From the NCBI GenBank assembly GCA_965203805.1, contig OZ241917.1:4960001-5024000 (forward strand): DNA of 64,000 nt. The letters are read 5' to 3'. Below the pieces are notes generated by a model, which saw only the letters and a program-made list of their open reading frames with translations, was not told where the DNA came from and made no database searches. The DNA is from Candidatus Latescibacterota bacterium. GTDB lineage: Bacteria; Latescibacterota; UBA2968; GCA-2709665. The stretch's first letter is position 1, and each line of letters starts with the position of its first letter. Made by a program: the position numbers and the translations under genes. This document shows, piece by piece, positions 47,986-57,029 of this stretch.

Positions 47986-48939
47986 ATGAAACGGATCTTG
48001 TGGATTGGAATCGTGGCGGGCGCAGGATACGCGATGCTGTTTCCCGAGGTTGCCCGCTGCGACACGCAGAAGCGCCTCGGCCAGGCGGTATTCTCCGTGC
48101 ACAAGGTGGACCACGGGGCGCGAGTCGCGGGCATGGGCGGGGCGTTTACGGCCATCGCGGACGACATCAGCACCATCTTCGTGAACCCGGCCGGACTCAC
48201 CTATGTCGAGGAGATGGAGTATACCCTTTCGTACACCCGCTGGCTCGTCGATACCCGATTCTATTCGGGCGCGCTCGCCTACAATACGGCCCGCGGTGTG
48301 GTCGGGTTGTCCGTCATGGCATTTTCGGTTCCGGACGTGGAGGAGACAACCATCTATCAGCCGATCGGGACCGGCAGGATGCTGGAGATCGGCGATTTCA
48401 GCATCGGCGGTTCCTACGCGACGAAGTTGACTGATAAGCTCTCGTTCGGATTTCAGGTGCGATGGACTCAGGAGACCATCGACGTGGACAGGTTGACAGG
48501 CGTGGATTTCAATTTCGGCACGACGTTCAATACGGGATTCAGAAGCCTCCGGCTGGGGATGGCGTTCAAGAACCTGGGCAAAGACATCGAGTCCAGGGAA
48601 CTCAATTACCAGATGCCTGTCGCGTTCGACTTCGGTTTCGCGGCGGAAGTCTTCGGTGAAAAGGGCAGCGACCCCACGTACCTGACGGTGACCGGCGAGA
48701 GCCACTACGCAACGGATTACTCCGAGCCGCGATATCGCATTGGCGGCGAACTCTGGCTGCAGAACGCATTCGCATTGCGCGGCGGCGTCAAGCCCGGGTA
48801 CGATACGGAGGTATACAGTCTGGGTCTGGGATTGAAGGTCAAGCCCGTCGAGGGCAAGGTCGTCCGCGTGGATTTCGCGTACAGCGATGGAAACGACTTC
48901 GAACCGCCGCTTCGTTTCAGCCTGAGCGGCTCGTTCTGA
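47986..48939 (+). CDS. PorV/PorQ family outer-membrane beta-barrel
   Basis: GARVAGMGGAFTAIADD.STIFVNPAGL motif; amphipathic strands; terminal F. Confidence 0.88.
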   Translation: MKRILWIGIVAGAGYAMLFPEVARCDTQKRLGQAVFSVHKVDHGARVAGMGGAFTAIADDISTIFVNPAGLTYVEEMEYTLSYTRWLVDTRFYSGALAYNTARGVVGLSVMAFSVPDVEETTIYQPIGTGRMLEIGDFSIGGSYATKLTDKLSFGFQVRWTQETIDVDRLTGVDFNFGTTFNTGFRSLRLGMAFKNLGKDIESRELNYQMPVAFDFGFAAEVFGEKGSDPTYLTVTGESHYATDYSEPRYRIGGELWLQNAFALRGGVKPGYDTEVYSLGLGLKVKPVEGKVVRVDFAYSDGNDFEPPLRFSLSGSF

Positions 48940-48988
48940 CGGGCGTCCGCTCGACGAGACTCGTTCCGGTTTCGAACCAGGATAAGAC

Positions 48989-49020
48989 AACACCCCGGTA
49001 TTGCCGGGGTGTTCTTATTT
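48989..49020 (+). terminator. intrinsic terminator closing the TBDR operon
   Basis: aacaccccgg-tattg-ccggggtgtt followed by cttattt. Confidence 0.7.
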
Positions 49021-49193
49021 ATTCAGGCGGCCCGGGACCCTCCGTGTTCACGTACCGGCGGTAGACGTGAGCGTCCGCAGCTGACCGGCAGCAACCGCTC
49101 CCCTGCCATGTCCCAACTGTCGCCAATTGCTACACTCTTCCTCACTTACAAGAAGAGGCCGACCCAATCGTAGACAATATCGTAAATTTCTTA

Positions 49194-49222
49194 TTGCATG
49201 ACGGCCAGGTTTCAGTTAACAT
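49194..49222 (+). promoter_or_regulatory. putative promoter of Cache paralog 1
   Basis: TTGCAT-N17-TAACAT; same layout upstream of paralog 2. Confidence 0.55.
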
Positions 49223-49327
49223 GCTCGTTTCAAGGTTCGGTCCGAAGCGGTTGCTGGATATCTCATATAGAGGGCAACCAGATATCGTAACTTTAGCCGG
49301 TTTGTTTTTACGGGAGGGAAAACCGTT

Positions 49328-51118
49328 ATGGTAAACGCTCGAACTCTGTTCACGTCGGTATGCACGATTTCTGTAACTGGTCTGCTGGTACTGGCCGCCG
49401 TCTTTGCCAATACGCATCCGGCACTGGCGCAGACGGATGACGCCTGTCCACCCCCTCCCGGTGTGACGCTTCCACCAGCGCCGCAAGTTACGGCGCAACA
49501 GGTGGAAGACGGCAGCGCGACCTTGAGAGAATTCGGGTTGGAAGCGAGAAACCGGTTCAGTCGAGGGACGGATTCTCGTGAGCTGCAGCTGTACGTCGGT
49601 TGTGTCATGAGGAGTGACGGGAGCCATTTGCACTCAGGTTCCACCTATCTTGTGCAATTGACGCCCGATGGCAGGGTGTTCATTCACGCGAAGAATATGG
49701 CGCTGTCGGGCAGGTTGCTCAATCGCATGATCTATGGCGCTATTCTTAGAGCATTGGAAATCAACCTGGCGGGTTTGCAGGATGATCCCGCTGCGGTAAC
49801 GGCTGCTTTCATCGAGGCTGCAGGCAGGGATGGCGGCGAGTTCGACATACCCGATATCCCGGGGGCTTCAGGCTATGCTGCGATTTATTTTTCGAGAAAT
49901 TTCAGATTCCCGATCCTGTTGCTTGCCGGATTCGACCTCAACGAATCTCACCTGGCCGAAGAAGACATCGAATATGGTATGCCCGCCGTCACCGCCGCGG
50001 ACGTGGTGGACCGGGAAACTCTAAAAGCCTTTGTTACGCAAGCAGGGGAGGCATTTCTCAACCAGCAGAAGGGCGGTGACCTGACCGCGACCTCGAAGGC
50101 CAGGGTGGCCCTGAGGGATCCAAACGGGCCCTGGAGACACGGTTCCGTCTACCTTTACGTTCTGGATCTCACCACCAACATTGTCCTGTTTCACGGCGCG
50201 TTTCCGGATTTATTCGAACTGCGGCCTCTGGTGGGGATAGCGCGAGACGGCATTACCGGAGAGCTAATCTTACCACAGGTGTTGGCGGCAGCAATGAGTG
50301 GGCCGGAGGGCGGATTCGTGGAATATTTCTATGACGATCCGACGGACGACACGGACAGCGCGGACGTACCCAAGGTGGGCTATGCCCGTCAGTTTACCGG
50401 TGAACGCGAGAGAGAAGACGGTACCACGCTCCCCATCAATTTTGTCGTTGGGTCTGGTTTTTACATGCGTGCGCCTGATATAGCCGCGACGGATCCGCGT
50501 ACAGTCGTTGGGGCCACGGTCCTGGGCGACGCGGTGGGGGGTTTGGACGTCGAGTTCTCCCGGGCCATTGCCGGACGCCCGTCCAGGTACGACTGGAGCG
50601 CCGTCACCAATGCCAAAGGCGTTTTTATCCTGACCATTTCCAGCCCGGACGGGGTGAGCGGCTACTACCGGGCCCGCGCCCGCAACGCCGCCGGCGACGT
50701 CGTGGGCCAGTGGCACAGCATTCCCCTCAATCGCAATCAACGCCAGATCCTGGAACTGACGCTGGACGGCGGGATGAGGGTCGTCCGGGTCGAACCGTTG
50801 GCCGCGGGCAAGCTGGCGATCGCGGCAGAGGGCGTGCCTGAAGCCAGCGGTCTGTCGCCCAATTCGCCCAACCCGTTCAACAGCGCCACCGTGATTACCT
50901 ACCACCTGGCCGTCTCCGGTCCTGTGCAACTGGTGATCTACAATGTGCTGGGCCAACCCGTGCGGACCCTGGTGGATGCGTCCCAGGCCGCCGGCGCCTA
51001 CCAGGTTCGGTGGGATGCGCGCGACGAGGGCGGCGTCCTGCTGTCGACGGGGGTGTATATCGCGCGCCTGAGCTATCCCGGCGGTGTGCAGACGCAGCGG
51101 TTGCTCTACCTCAAGTAG
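49328..51118 (+). CDS. secreted tandem Cache-like domain protein with T9SS/FlgD-Ig C-terminal domain
   Basis: Signal peptide; GPWRHGSVYLYVLD..VLFHGAFP..GGFVEYFYDDP..PKVGY (sCache_2-like); NSPNPFNSAT..IYNVLGQPVRTL..TGVYIARL. Confidence 0.8.
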   Translation: MVNARTLFTSVCTISVTGLLVLAAVFANTHPALAQTDDACPPPPGVTLPPAPQVTAQQVEDGSATLREFGLEARNRFSRGTDSRELQLYVGCVMRSDGSHLHSGSTYLVQLTPDGRVFIHAKNMALSGRLLNRMIYGAILRALEINLAGLQDDPAAVTAAFIEAAGRDGGEFDIPDIPGASGYAAIYFSRNFRFPILLLAGFDLNESHLAEEDIEYGMPAVTAADVVDRETLKAFVTQAGEAFLNQQKGGDLTATSKARVALRDPNGPWRHGSVYLYVLDLTTNIVLFHGAFPDLFELRPLVGIARDGITGELILPQVLAAAMSGPEGGFVEYFYDDPTDDTDSADVPKVGYARQFTGEREREDGTTLPINFVVGSGFYMRAPDIAATDPRTVVGATVLGDAVGGLDVEFSRAIAGRPSRYDWSAVTNAKGVFILTISSPDGVSGYYRARARNAAGDVVGQWHSIPLNRNQRQILELTLDGGMRVVRVEPLAAGKLAIAAEGVPEASGLSPNSPNPFNSATVITYHLAVSGPVQLVIYNVLGQPVRTLVDASQAAGAYQVRWDARDEGGVLLSTGVYIARLSYPGGVQTQRLLYLK

Positions 51119-51150
51119 CGCGAAAAGGTTGTGTGCGGGACGTGTACTCC

Positions 51151-51220
51151 TGAGAACTCGTCTGGAAACACCTGATAAGCCTGGATCACAAGGTTTGCGG
51201 GGTTTTCAGACGGGTTTTTT
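51151..51220. repeat. 70-bp palindromic element (terminator or MITE-like); related copy at 53365-53434
   Basis: gagaactcgtctggaaac...gttttcagacgggttttt versus tgagaatccgtttgaatac...gttttcggacgggttctca. Confidence 0.55.
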
Positions 51221-51346
51221 TGTCCCCCCCGAAATCCGTACAACGGTCTGGAATATTCCATACAAAGCGCGCATTCAACAGGCCGGAGAAAAAACCGTAC
51301 AAAAAGCGAATAATTACGAAAATGTGATTATCTGCCGATATTTTGT

Positions 51347-51375
51347 TTGCATAAGGGGTTGATATCAATTAATAT
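51347..51375 (+). promoter_or_regulatory. putative promoter of Cache paralog 2
   Basis: TTGCAT-N17-TAATAT. Confidence 0.55.
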
Positions 51376-51481
51376 TCCCGATTGAAGAATCGGACCTCAG
51401 CGATGGCCCGATTTCTTGGAAAGAAGAAAACCAACCGTGGTCGCTCCTGCGACCGTTTCTTTAACGGGAGGGAGAAATGTC

Positions 51482-53332
51482 ATGAAGAAGGGGCGAACAT
51501 TGTTCACTCGCGCATTCGTCATTCCCTTTGCCGGTCTGATCGTACTGGCTGCCGTCTTTTCCATTGCGGGCCCCGCTCTGGCGGAATGTCCACTCCCAGA
51601 GGGCGCGACGCATCCCGATAACCCGACGGTGACGGCGCGGCAGGTGGAAGACGGAAGCGCTACCGTTGAGGCGTTCGCGCTGGCCGTGAGAGAGCGGTCC
51701 AGAGAATATGCCCGGGGCAGCGCGACCGCCGAGCAAGGGGTATACATCGGATGCATCATCAGGGAGGACGACGGGATCTGGCGTTCCGGATCCACGTACA
51801 TCGTGAGCCTGACGCTCGACGGCAGGGTGTACATTCACGCGAAGAACATGGCATTGTCCGGCAGGCTGCTAAACCCGGTGATCTATGGGACGATCCTTTC
51901 CGCGCTGGGCGTACCCGTAACCACCCTGACCGATATGGCATCCCCCGACCCTGCCACCTCCGCCCAGGCTTTCGGCGCCGTAAATGCCACGTTGTCGCAG
52001 GAACCGGACGGCGCATTCGACGCGACCACCCCGATCCCGGGTCTGTCACAGGGTATACCGGGCGCTACGGGCCATGCCGCCGTCTACGTCTCTGCCAATC
52101 TGGGGTCTCCGATTGTGCTGCTCATGGGATTCGATCTCGACGAATCTCATGTGGTTGAAGAAGAGATCGAACACGGCGACCCTGCCATCACTGCGAAAGA
52201 CGTGGTGGACCGGGAGAGCTTGAAGGCCTTCGTCACGCAAGCGGGAAATTTCGTGCTGGAATTCCTGAGTTCCGGCGACGTAGCCGCCAGCTCGAAATTC
52301 AGGATCGCCCTGCGGGACCCTGACGGGCCCTGGAGACACGGTTCCGTGTATCTCTACATCCTGGATATCGCCAGCAACGTCATCCTGTTTCACGCAGTGT
52401 TTCCGGACAAATACGAGTATCGGCCGTTGATTCCCACAGTCCTTGACGCCGTGACCGGGGAGTTCATCCTGCCGCGGGTCATCGAGGCGGCGAAAGGCAG
52501 CCCGGAAGGCGGCTTTATAGAGTATCATTTCGACGATCCGACGGACGACACCGACCGCGCCGACGTCCCCAAGGTGGGCTACGCCCGCGAATTCGCCGCG
52601 GAAATCCGGAGGCCGGACGGAAGCACAGTCCCGGTTGACTTCATTGTGGGCTCGGGATTCTACGGGCGCGCAGCGGATGTCGCGACGGGTCCCAGCACGG
52701 TCGTGGAGGCCACGGTGATGGGCGACGCGGTCGAGGGGTTGGACGTGGCGTTTGCACGCGCCATCTCCGGCCGCCAGTCCGACTATGCCTGGAGCACCAT
52801 CACCGATGCCGTCGGCCTGTTCTCCCTGACCATCTCCGGCGAGGATGGGGTGAGTGGATATTATCGGGCTCGCGCCACCAATGCCGATGGCGAGGTTGTG
52901 GGCCGGTGGAGCAGCATTCCTCTCAATGAAGGCCGCCGCTAGGTTCTGGAACTGACGCTGGGCGGCGGTGCGAGGGTCGTCCGCGTCGACCCGTTGGGGA
53001 CAGCCGAACCGCTGGCCGCGGGCAAGCTGGCGATCGCGGCAGAGGGCGTGCCTGAAGCCAGCGGTCTGTCGCCCAATTCGCCCAACCCGTTCAACAGCGC
53101 CACCGTGATTACCTACCACCTGGCCGTCTCCGGTCCTGTGCAACTGGTGATCTACAATGTGCTGGGCCAACCCGTGCGGACCCTGGTGGATGCGTCCCAG
53201 GCCGCCGGCGCCTACCAGGTTCGGTGGGATGCGCGCGACGAGGGCGGCGTCCTGCTGTCGACGGGGGTGTATATCGCGCGCCTGAGCTATCCCGGCGGTG
53301 TGCAGACGCAACGATTGCTCTACCTCAAGTAG
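51482..53332 (+). pseudogene. paralogous Cache/T9SS protein interrupted by one in-frame TAG (52940-52942)
   Basis: cgc TAG gtt ctg gaa aligns with cgc CAG atc ctg gaa in paralog 1; frame continues unshifted to 53332. Confidence 0.8.
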
Positions 53333-53517
53333 TACGAGTCGGGTGCGCGCAGGCAACATTCTTCTGAGAATCCGTTTGAATACACCTGTTATGCCTTGAG
53401 AATGAGGCATTCGGGGTTTTCGGACGGGTTCTCATTTTTTGTGCGGCTTTGTAACTTCCGTTTCTGCGACCTGACGGTTTGTGGCGCATTTCGAACCCCG
53501 CTGATGCAGGATTGGGC

Positions 53518-53720
53518 TTGACTTTTTCACTGAAGGTCACAATATTGGCCTCGCGGTTTCGCAGGCCCTGTCGATTCAGGTTGCCTGCGAGCTCCCTGAC
53601 GACACAGGGGCTCCGCTTACAGATCGATTCGGCGCCCATCAGGGTTGGTTGTTCGTAATCGATATTCGTCGGATTCATGCCGTACGGACGGCAGCCTTTT
53701 GCGGGCTGCCATTTCTTTTT
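53518..53720 (+). promoter_or_regulatory. promoter, structured leader and intrinsic terminator (attenuator/riboswitch or sRNA candidate)
   Basis: TTGACT-N17-AATATT; hairpins at 53566-53609 and about 53622-53663; terminator ggcagcc..ggctgcc plus T-rich tail at 53690-53720. Confidence 0.5.
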
Positions 53721-53784
53721 CCGGTGCGCGTTGGTCCATAGAACGCGTATACTGAAAGGCACTTCGGTATTTCAGGAGACTCCA

Positions 53785-54888
53785 ATGGACGATCCGGTGG
53801 TTCTGCTCCGTGAAGGAGAGGTGAAATTTCATGTGTTCCGGGGAAGTCCTGTCGAGATGGGCAGGGCTCACGGTTCTCTGGATCCGGCCTTCCTGCGCAC
53901 GCGGCTCGACGAATGGTTGACGTGGCCTCATGATTTCGACCACCCCTACTTTCGGGAGAACATGGCGTTCATGCGACGGGAGTTTCCGGACTTCATGGAA
54001 CGGATGGAGGCGTATGGCGCGGCGGCGGGCATCGAGGATTTCGATCACACTTACTACCTGCATATCGTCAGCACGGGTCGCGAGGAAGAAGCGTGTTCCG
54101 CATTCGGCATCCTGCTTCAGGACGACGGACCGGCCCTGCTGCGAACGTACGATCCCTCCGATGCGGCCGGAACGGACTACTTTCTGAGGGACCGCTTCGT
54201 CGCCGCGTTTCCCGACTGCCGGCCGCATGGTTACGTGGGCATGGGCGGACATCATTTTTGTGTGGTCCACACGTCGTTGAACGACGCCGGCCTGCTGACC
54301 GGATGGGCGTCTGGCGCGCCCAAGTTTCACTGGCCGGACAATCCGGAACACGTCAATCTCTTTCAGATCACGGGACTCGTGCCCCAGCATTGCAGCGACT
54401 GCGAGGACGTTCGCCGCTTTCTCAGCGAATACCGGATCTCCGGGCTCAAGGGCCTTACGGGTACCGCCGTGGACGCCCGGGGAAATATCCTGGGATTCGA
54501 ACTTGAGTCGGGAAATATCGCTTTTCGCGAGCCCGAAGACGACATGGTGCTGGAGGTGAACCACTGGCAGCACCCGCATTTGCAGCGCCCCGCCCGGACG
54601 CGTCAACCGGAATTCTGGACGAGCCCCTATTTCTACAACTCACAGAATCGGGTACAGTACGTGGATTATTTCCGGGAGACTTTCAGACAGATGCGTACGA
54701 TTGAAGACCTGATCGACTTTTCGTTCGACGTGCATGCTCCCGGTCGAATCCTCCAGACGCCCGGCGCAAACATCGCGGACTGGATGACGTCGCATGCGAT
54801 TTTTCTGACCGCGGCCGACCGGAGAATGCGCGTACACCCGTTTCCACTCGACAAGGACAGGTACACCGAAGTCGCCTACTGCGATTGA
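53785..54888 (+). CDS. C45 family Ntn-hydrolase (second, divergent copy)
   Basis: GSPVEMGRAHG, EACSAFG, LNDAGL, VNHW; RBS aggag before ATG 53785. Confidence 0.8.
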   Translation: MDDPVVLLREGEVKFHVFRGSPVEMGRAHGSLDPAFLRTRLDEWLTWPHDFDHPYFRENMAFMRREFPDFMERMEAYGAAAGIEDFDHTYYLHIVSTGREEEACSAFGILLQDDGPALLRTYDPSDAAGTDYFLRDRFVAAFPDCRPHGYVGMGGHHFCVVHTSLNDAGLLTGWASGAPKFHWPDNPEHVNLFQITGLVPQHCSDCEDVRRFLSEYRISGLKGLTGTAVDARGNILGFELESGNIAFREPEDDMVLEVNHWQHPHLQRPARTRQPEFWTSPYFYNSQNRVQYVDYFRETFRQMRTIEDLIDFSFDVHAPGRILQTPGANIADWMTSHAIFLTAADRRMRVHPFPLDKDRYTEVAYCD

Positions 54889-54903
54889 CCGGAGCATTTC
54901 AGA

Positions 54904-56997
54904 ATGCGTGAGATTCGACGCCTCGCCCACCTGCATATCCCCAAAGATTGGGCGCCGGAAGAAATCGTCCCGGAAGTCCGGAAACTGGGCTTCACGGACC
55001 TGTATTTTTTCGTCAATAAAGTGGAATCCGGCGTCGATATCGGGGGCCTTCGGCTGTCGACGGCGATGGAAGTCGGCAGGTTGGCCGAACGGGAAGGGAT
55101 GGGCGTGCTCGTGAATACGGGGTATATGAAATATCACGAGCAGGTTGTGCTTGCCCATCCCGAGCGACGGATGGTCCTTCGCGACGCCGGCGCCGGAGAT
55201 GGCAGTCGGGAAACCGGTTCGGGGCAGGCGTCCGGCGGGTTGACCGCCGTTGAGGGACGTATCAGGAACGTGAACTGGCTCTGCCCCTTCAATGAGGTCA
55301 ACAAGCGCCAGTACAAGAACGAGTTGCGCAGGCTGGCCGCGATTCCGGCGCTCCGGTTCGTCTATCTGAACGATGAGGGCTTCCTGGGCGCGTACGGCGA
55401 GATGGCCTGTTACTGCGACTTCTGCCGAAAGCGCTTTGCGGACCGATTCGGCGAGGAACCGCCGTCCGTGATCGATTGGAAAGACCCGCTGTGGCGGAAC
55501 TGGATCAAATGGCGGTTTGTGCAGTGGACGGCGGTGCACGCGGAATTTCGTGAGGCGGTCAGGAGCGCGCGTCCCAACCTGGGCGCCGGCATGGCGACGG
55601 CGTGTACCGAGTTGATGGGGATGCGGCCGTGGGCGTCGGCGGTGGATCTCGGAGAGATGAGCCGGGTCCTGGATTCGATGAACACGGGGATTTACCACGG
55701 TGTCACCCGCGGCACCCATCGATTCACGCCGCGTTTTCCGATCGTACTCGACATGGCCTCGATCTTCGTCGGCGCGCTTCAGGGTAAGCCGCTGCGCCTG
55801 GCAGTACAGGCGTTCTGTCCGGGCACCTCGCTGGAAATGACGCGAAAGGACGGCCAGTGGATCGGCATCCTTCCGTACGCGGTCGGCGCGGCGTACGTGA
55901 GCCCATGGTGTTACGAGACCTTGCGGACGTCGCCCGCGCAGTTCGAAGGGTATATGGAATCGCTCCGGCTGGACCGCTATCTGAAAGAGACCGAGCCGGA
56001 AATCGCCTGCGGTCTGTTCCACTCCGTTCAGAGCGAGGTGTGGCGGTATCACGACCTGGACTACGACGAGATGGCCATCCATCCCTTCGCGCGGATGCTG
56101 CGGGACGAGGGCCTGCCGTACGCGTTCGTCTGGGACAGCCGCCTCGATGAGACGGACCTGACCCAAAACGGACCGCTGGTCATGCCGCACGTCTGCTGTC
56201 TGTCGAAGTCACAGAAAGACCTTCTCACAACGTTCCTCGAGGGCGGCGGCGGGATTCTCGGGACGGCGGATCTGGGACTGTATGACGAGGAGGGAGGTCC
56301 CGTTGACGAGGCATTGCCTTCGTGCTGGGGGGTGGCGTCCTCCGGTGACCGGCTGGAGGGCCAGTACCGCCTCGCTCTCACGGAGGCATGTCCGTTCCGG
56401 GAAGACGTCAAGGCTCCGGCCGTCATTGAGAATCCGTACCGGGTCGGCCGCGTCGAAGGGGAAGTGTGGGCGACCCTTGTGGATGCCGATGGCCGCGACA
56501 CAGGGGCGCCCGGTCTGGTGGCGAGTCGCGTGGGTGATGGCAGATTCGTCTATCTGGCGGGCGATCCTGTGGTCCATCACCGCGAACCCGGGTACGAACC
56601 CCTGGTAAAGCTCCCCAACCATACGCGCCGGCTGATCGGAAATGTGATCAGGCTCCTGGCGAGCAGTCCGCCCTGGATTGATGTGGAGGACTTTCCGCCG
56701 GTAACGGCGTACCAGCGCCTTCGGAACTGGGACCGGCGCGGGATCAATACGTTTCAGTTCCTCCCCCAGGTGGGTCCACGCTACGCGATCGCGATTCTCG
56801 CGTCTTACGTCGGCGCGGAGGCGACCGTCCCGATCAGGTTTCGAATTCCCGTCGGAAAACGGCTTTCGCGGATCTTCAACGGTCTGACGGACGAATCCTA
56901 TATGGCGGAAGCGTCGGTCGATTCGGTATTCGTCCGATATCGTCTAAAGATCAGCCACGCGGACGGCGTCATCCCCGTGGTGGTGGAATGGGTGTGA
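54904..56997 (+). CDS. glycoside hydrolase-like TIM barrel (GH42-like) with trimerisation-like domain
   Basis: WLCPFN, YLNDE, CYCDFCRKRF, W..WR; LVMPHVCCLS..FLEGGG, GDGRFVYL. Confidence 0.6.
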   Translation: MREIRRLAHLHIPKDWAPEEIVPEVRKLGFTDLYFFVNKVESGVDIGGLRLSTAMEVGRLAEREGMGVLVNTGYMKYHEQVVLAHPERRMVLRDAGAGDGSRETGSGQASGGLTAVEGRIRNVNWLCPFNEVNKRQYKNELRRLAAIPALRFVYLNDEGFLGAYGEMACYCDFCRKRFADRFGEEPPSVIDWKDPLWRNWIKWRFVQWTAVHAEFREAVRSARPNLGAGMATACTELMGMRPWASAVDLGEMSRVLDSMNTGIYHGVTRGTHRFTPRFPIVLDMASIFVGALQGKPLRLAVQAFCPGTSLEMTRKDGQWIGILPYAVGAAYVSPWCYETLRTSPAQFEGYMESLRLDRYLKETEPEIACGLFHSVQSEVWRYHDLDYDEMAIHPFARMLRDEGLPYAFVWDSRLDETDLTQNGPLVMPHVCCLSKSQKDLLTTFLEGGGGILGTADLGLYDEEGGPVDEALPSCWGVASSGDRLEGQYRLALTEACPFREDVKAPAVIENPYRVGRVEGEVWATLVDADGRDTGAPGLVASRVGDGRFVYLAGDPVVHHREPGYEPLVKLPNHTRRLIGNVIRLLASSPPWIDVEDFPPVTAYQRLRNWDRRGINTFQFLPQVGPRYAIAILASYVGAEATVPIRFRIPVGKRLSRIFNGLTDESYMAEASVDSVFVRYRLKISHADGVIPVVVEWV

Positions 56998-57029
56998 CGC
57001 GGTTTCGATGTGAAGGGATTGGATGAGGG

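Noticed and set aside
52940-52942. TAG reassignment or pyrrolysine
   Set aside because: TAG is the normal stop of several genes here (rpmB, folC fusion, paralog 1) and no pyl genes are visible
50791-53332. Duplicated 328-bp segment as a DGR template/variable repeat pair
   Set aside because: Only 3 differences, all synonymous and one not at adenine; no reverse transcriptase in the window
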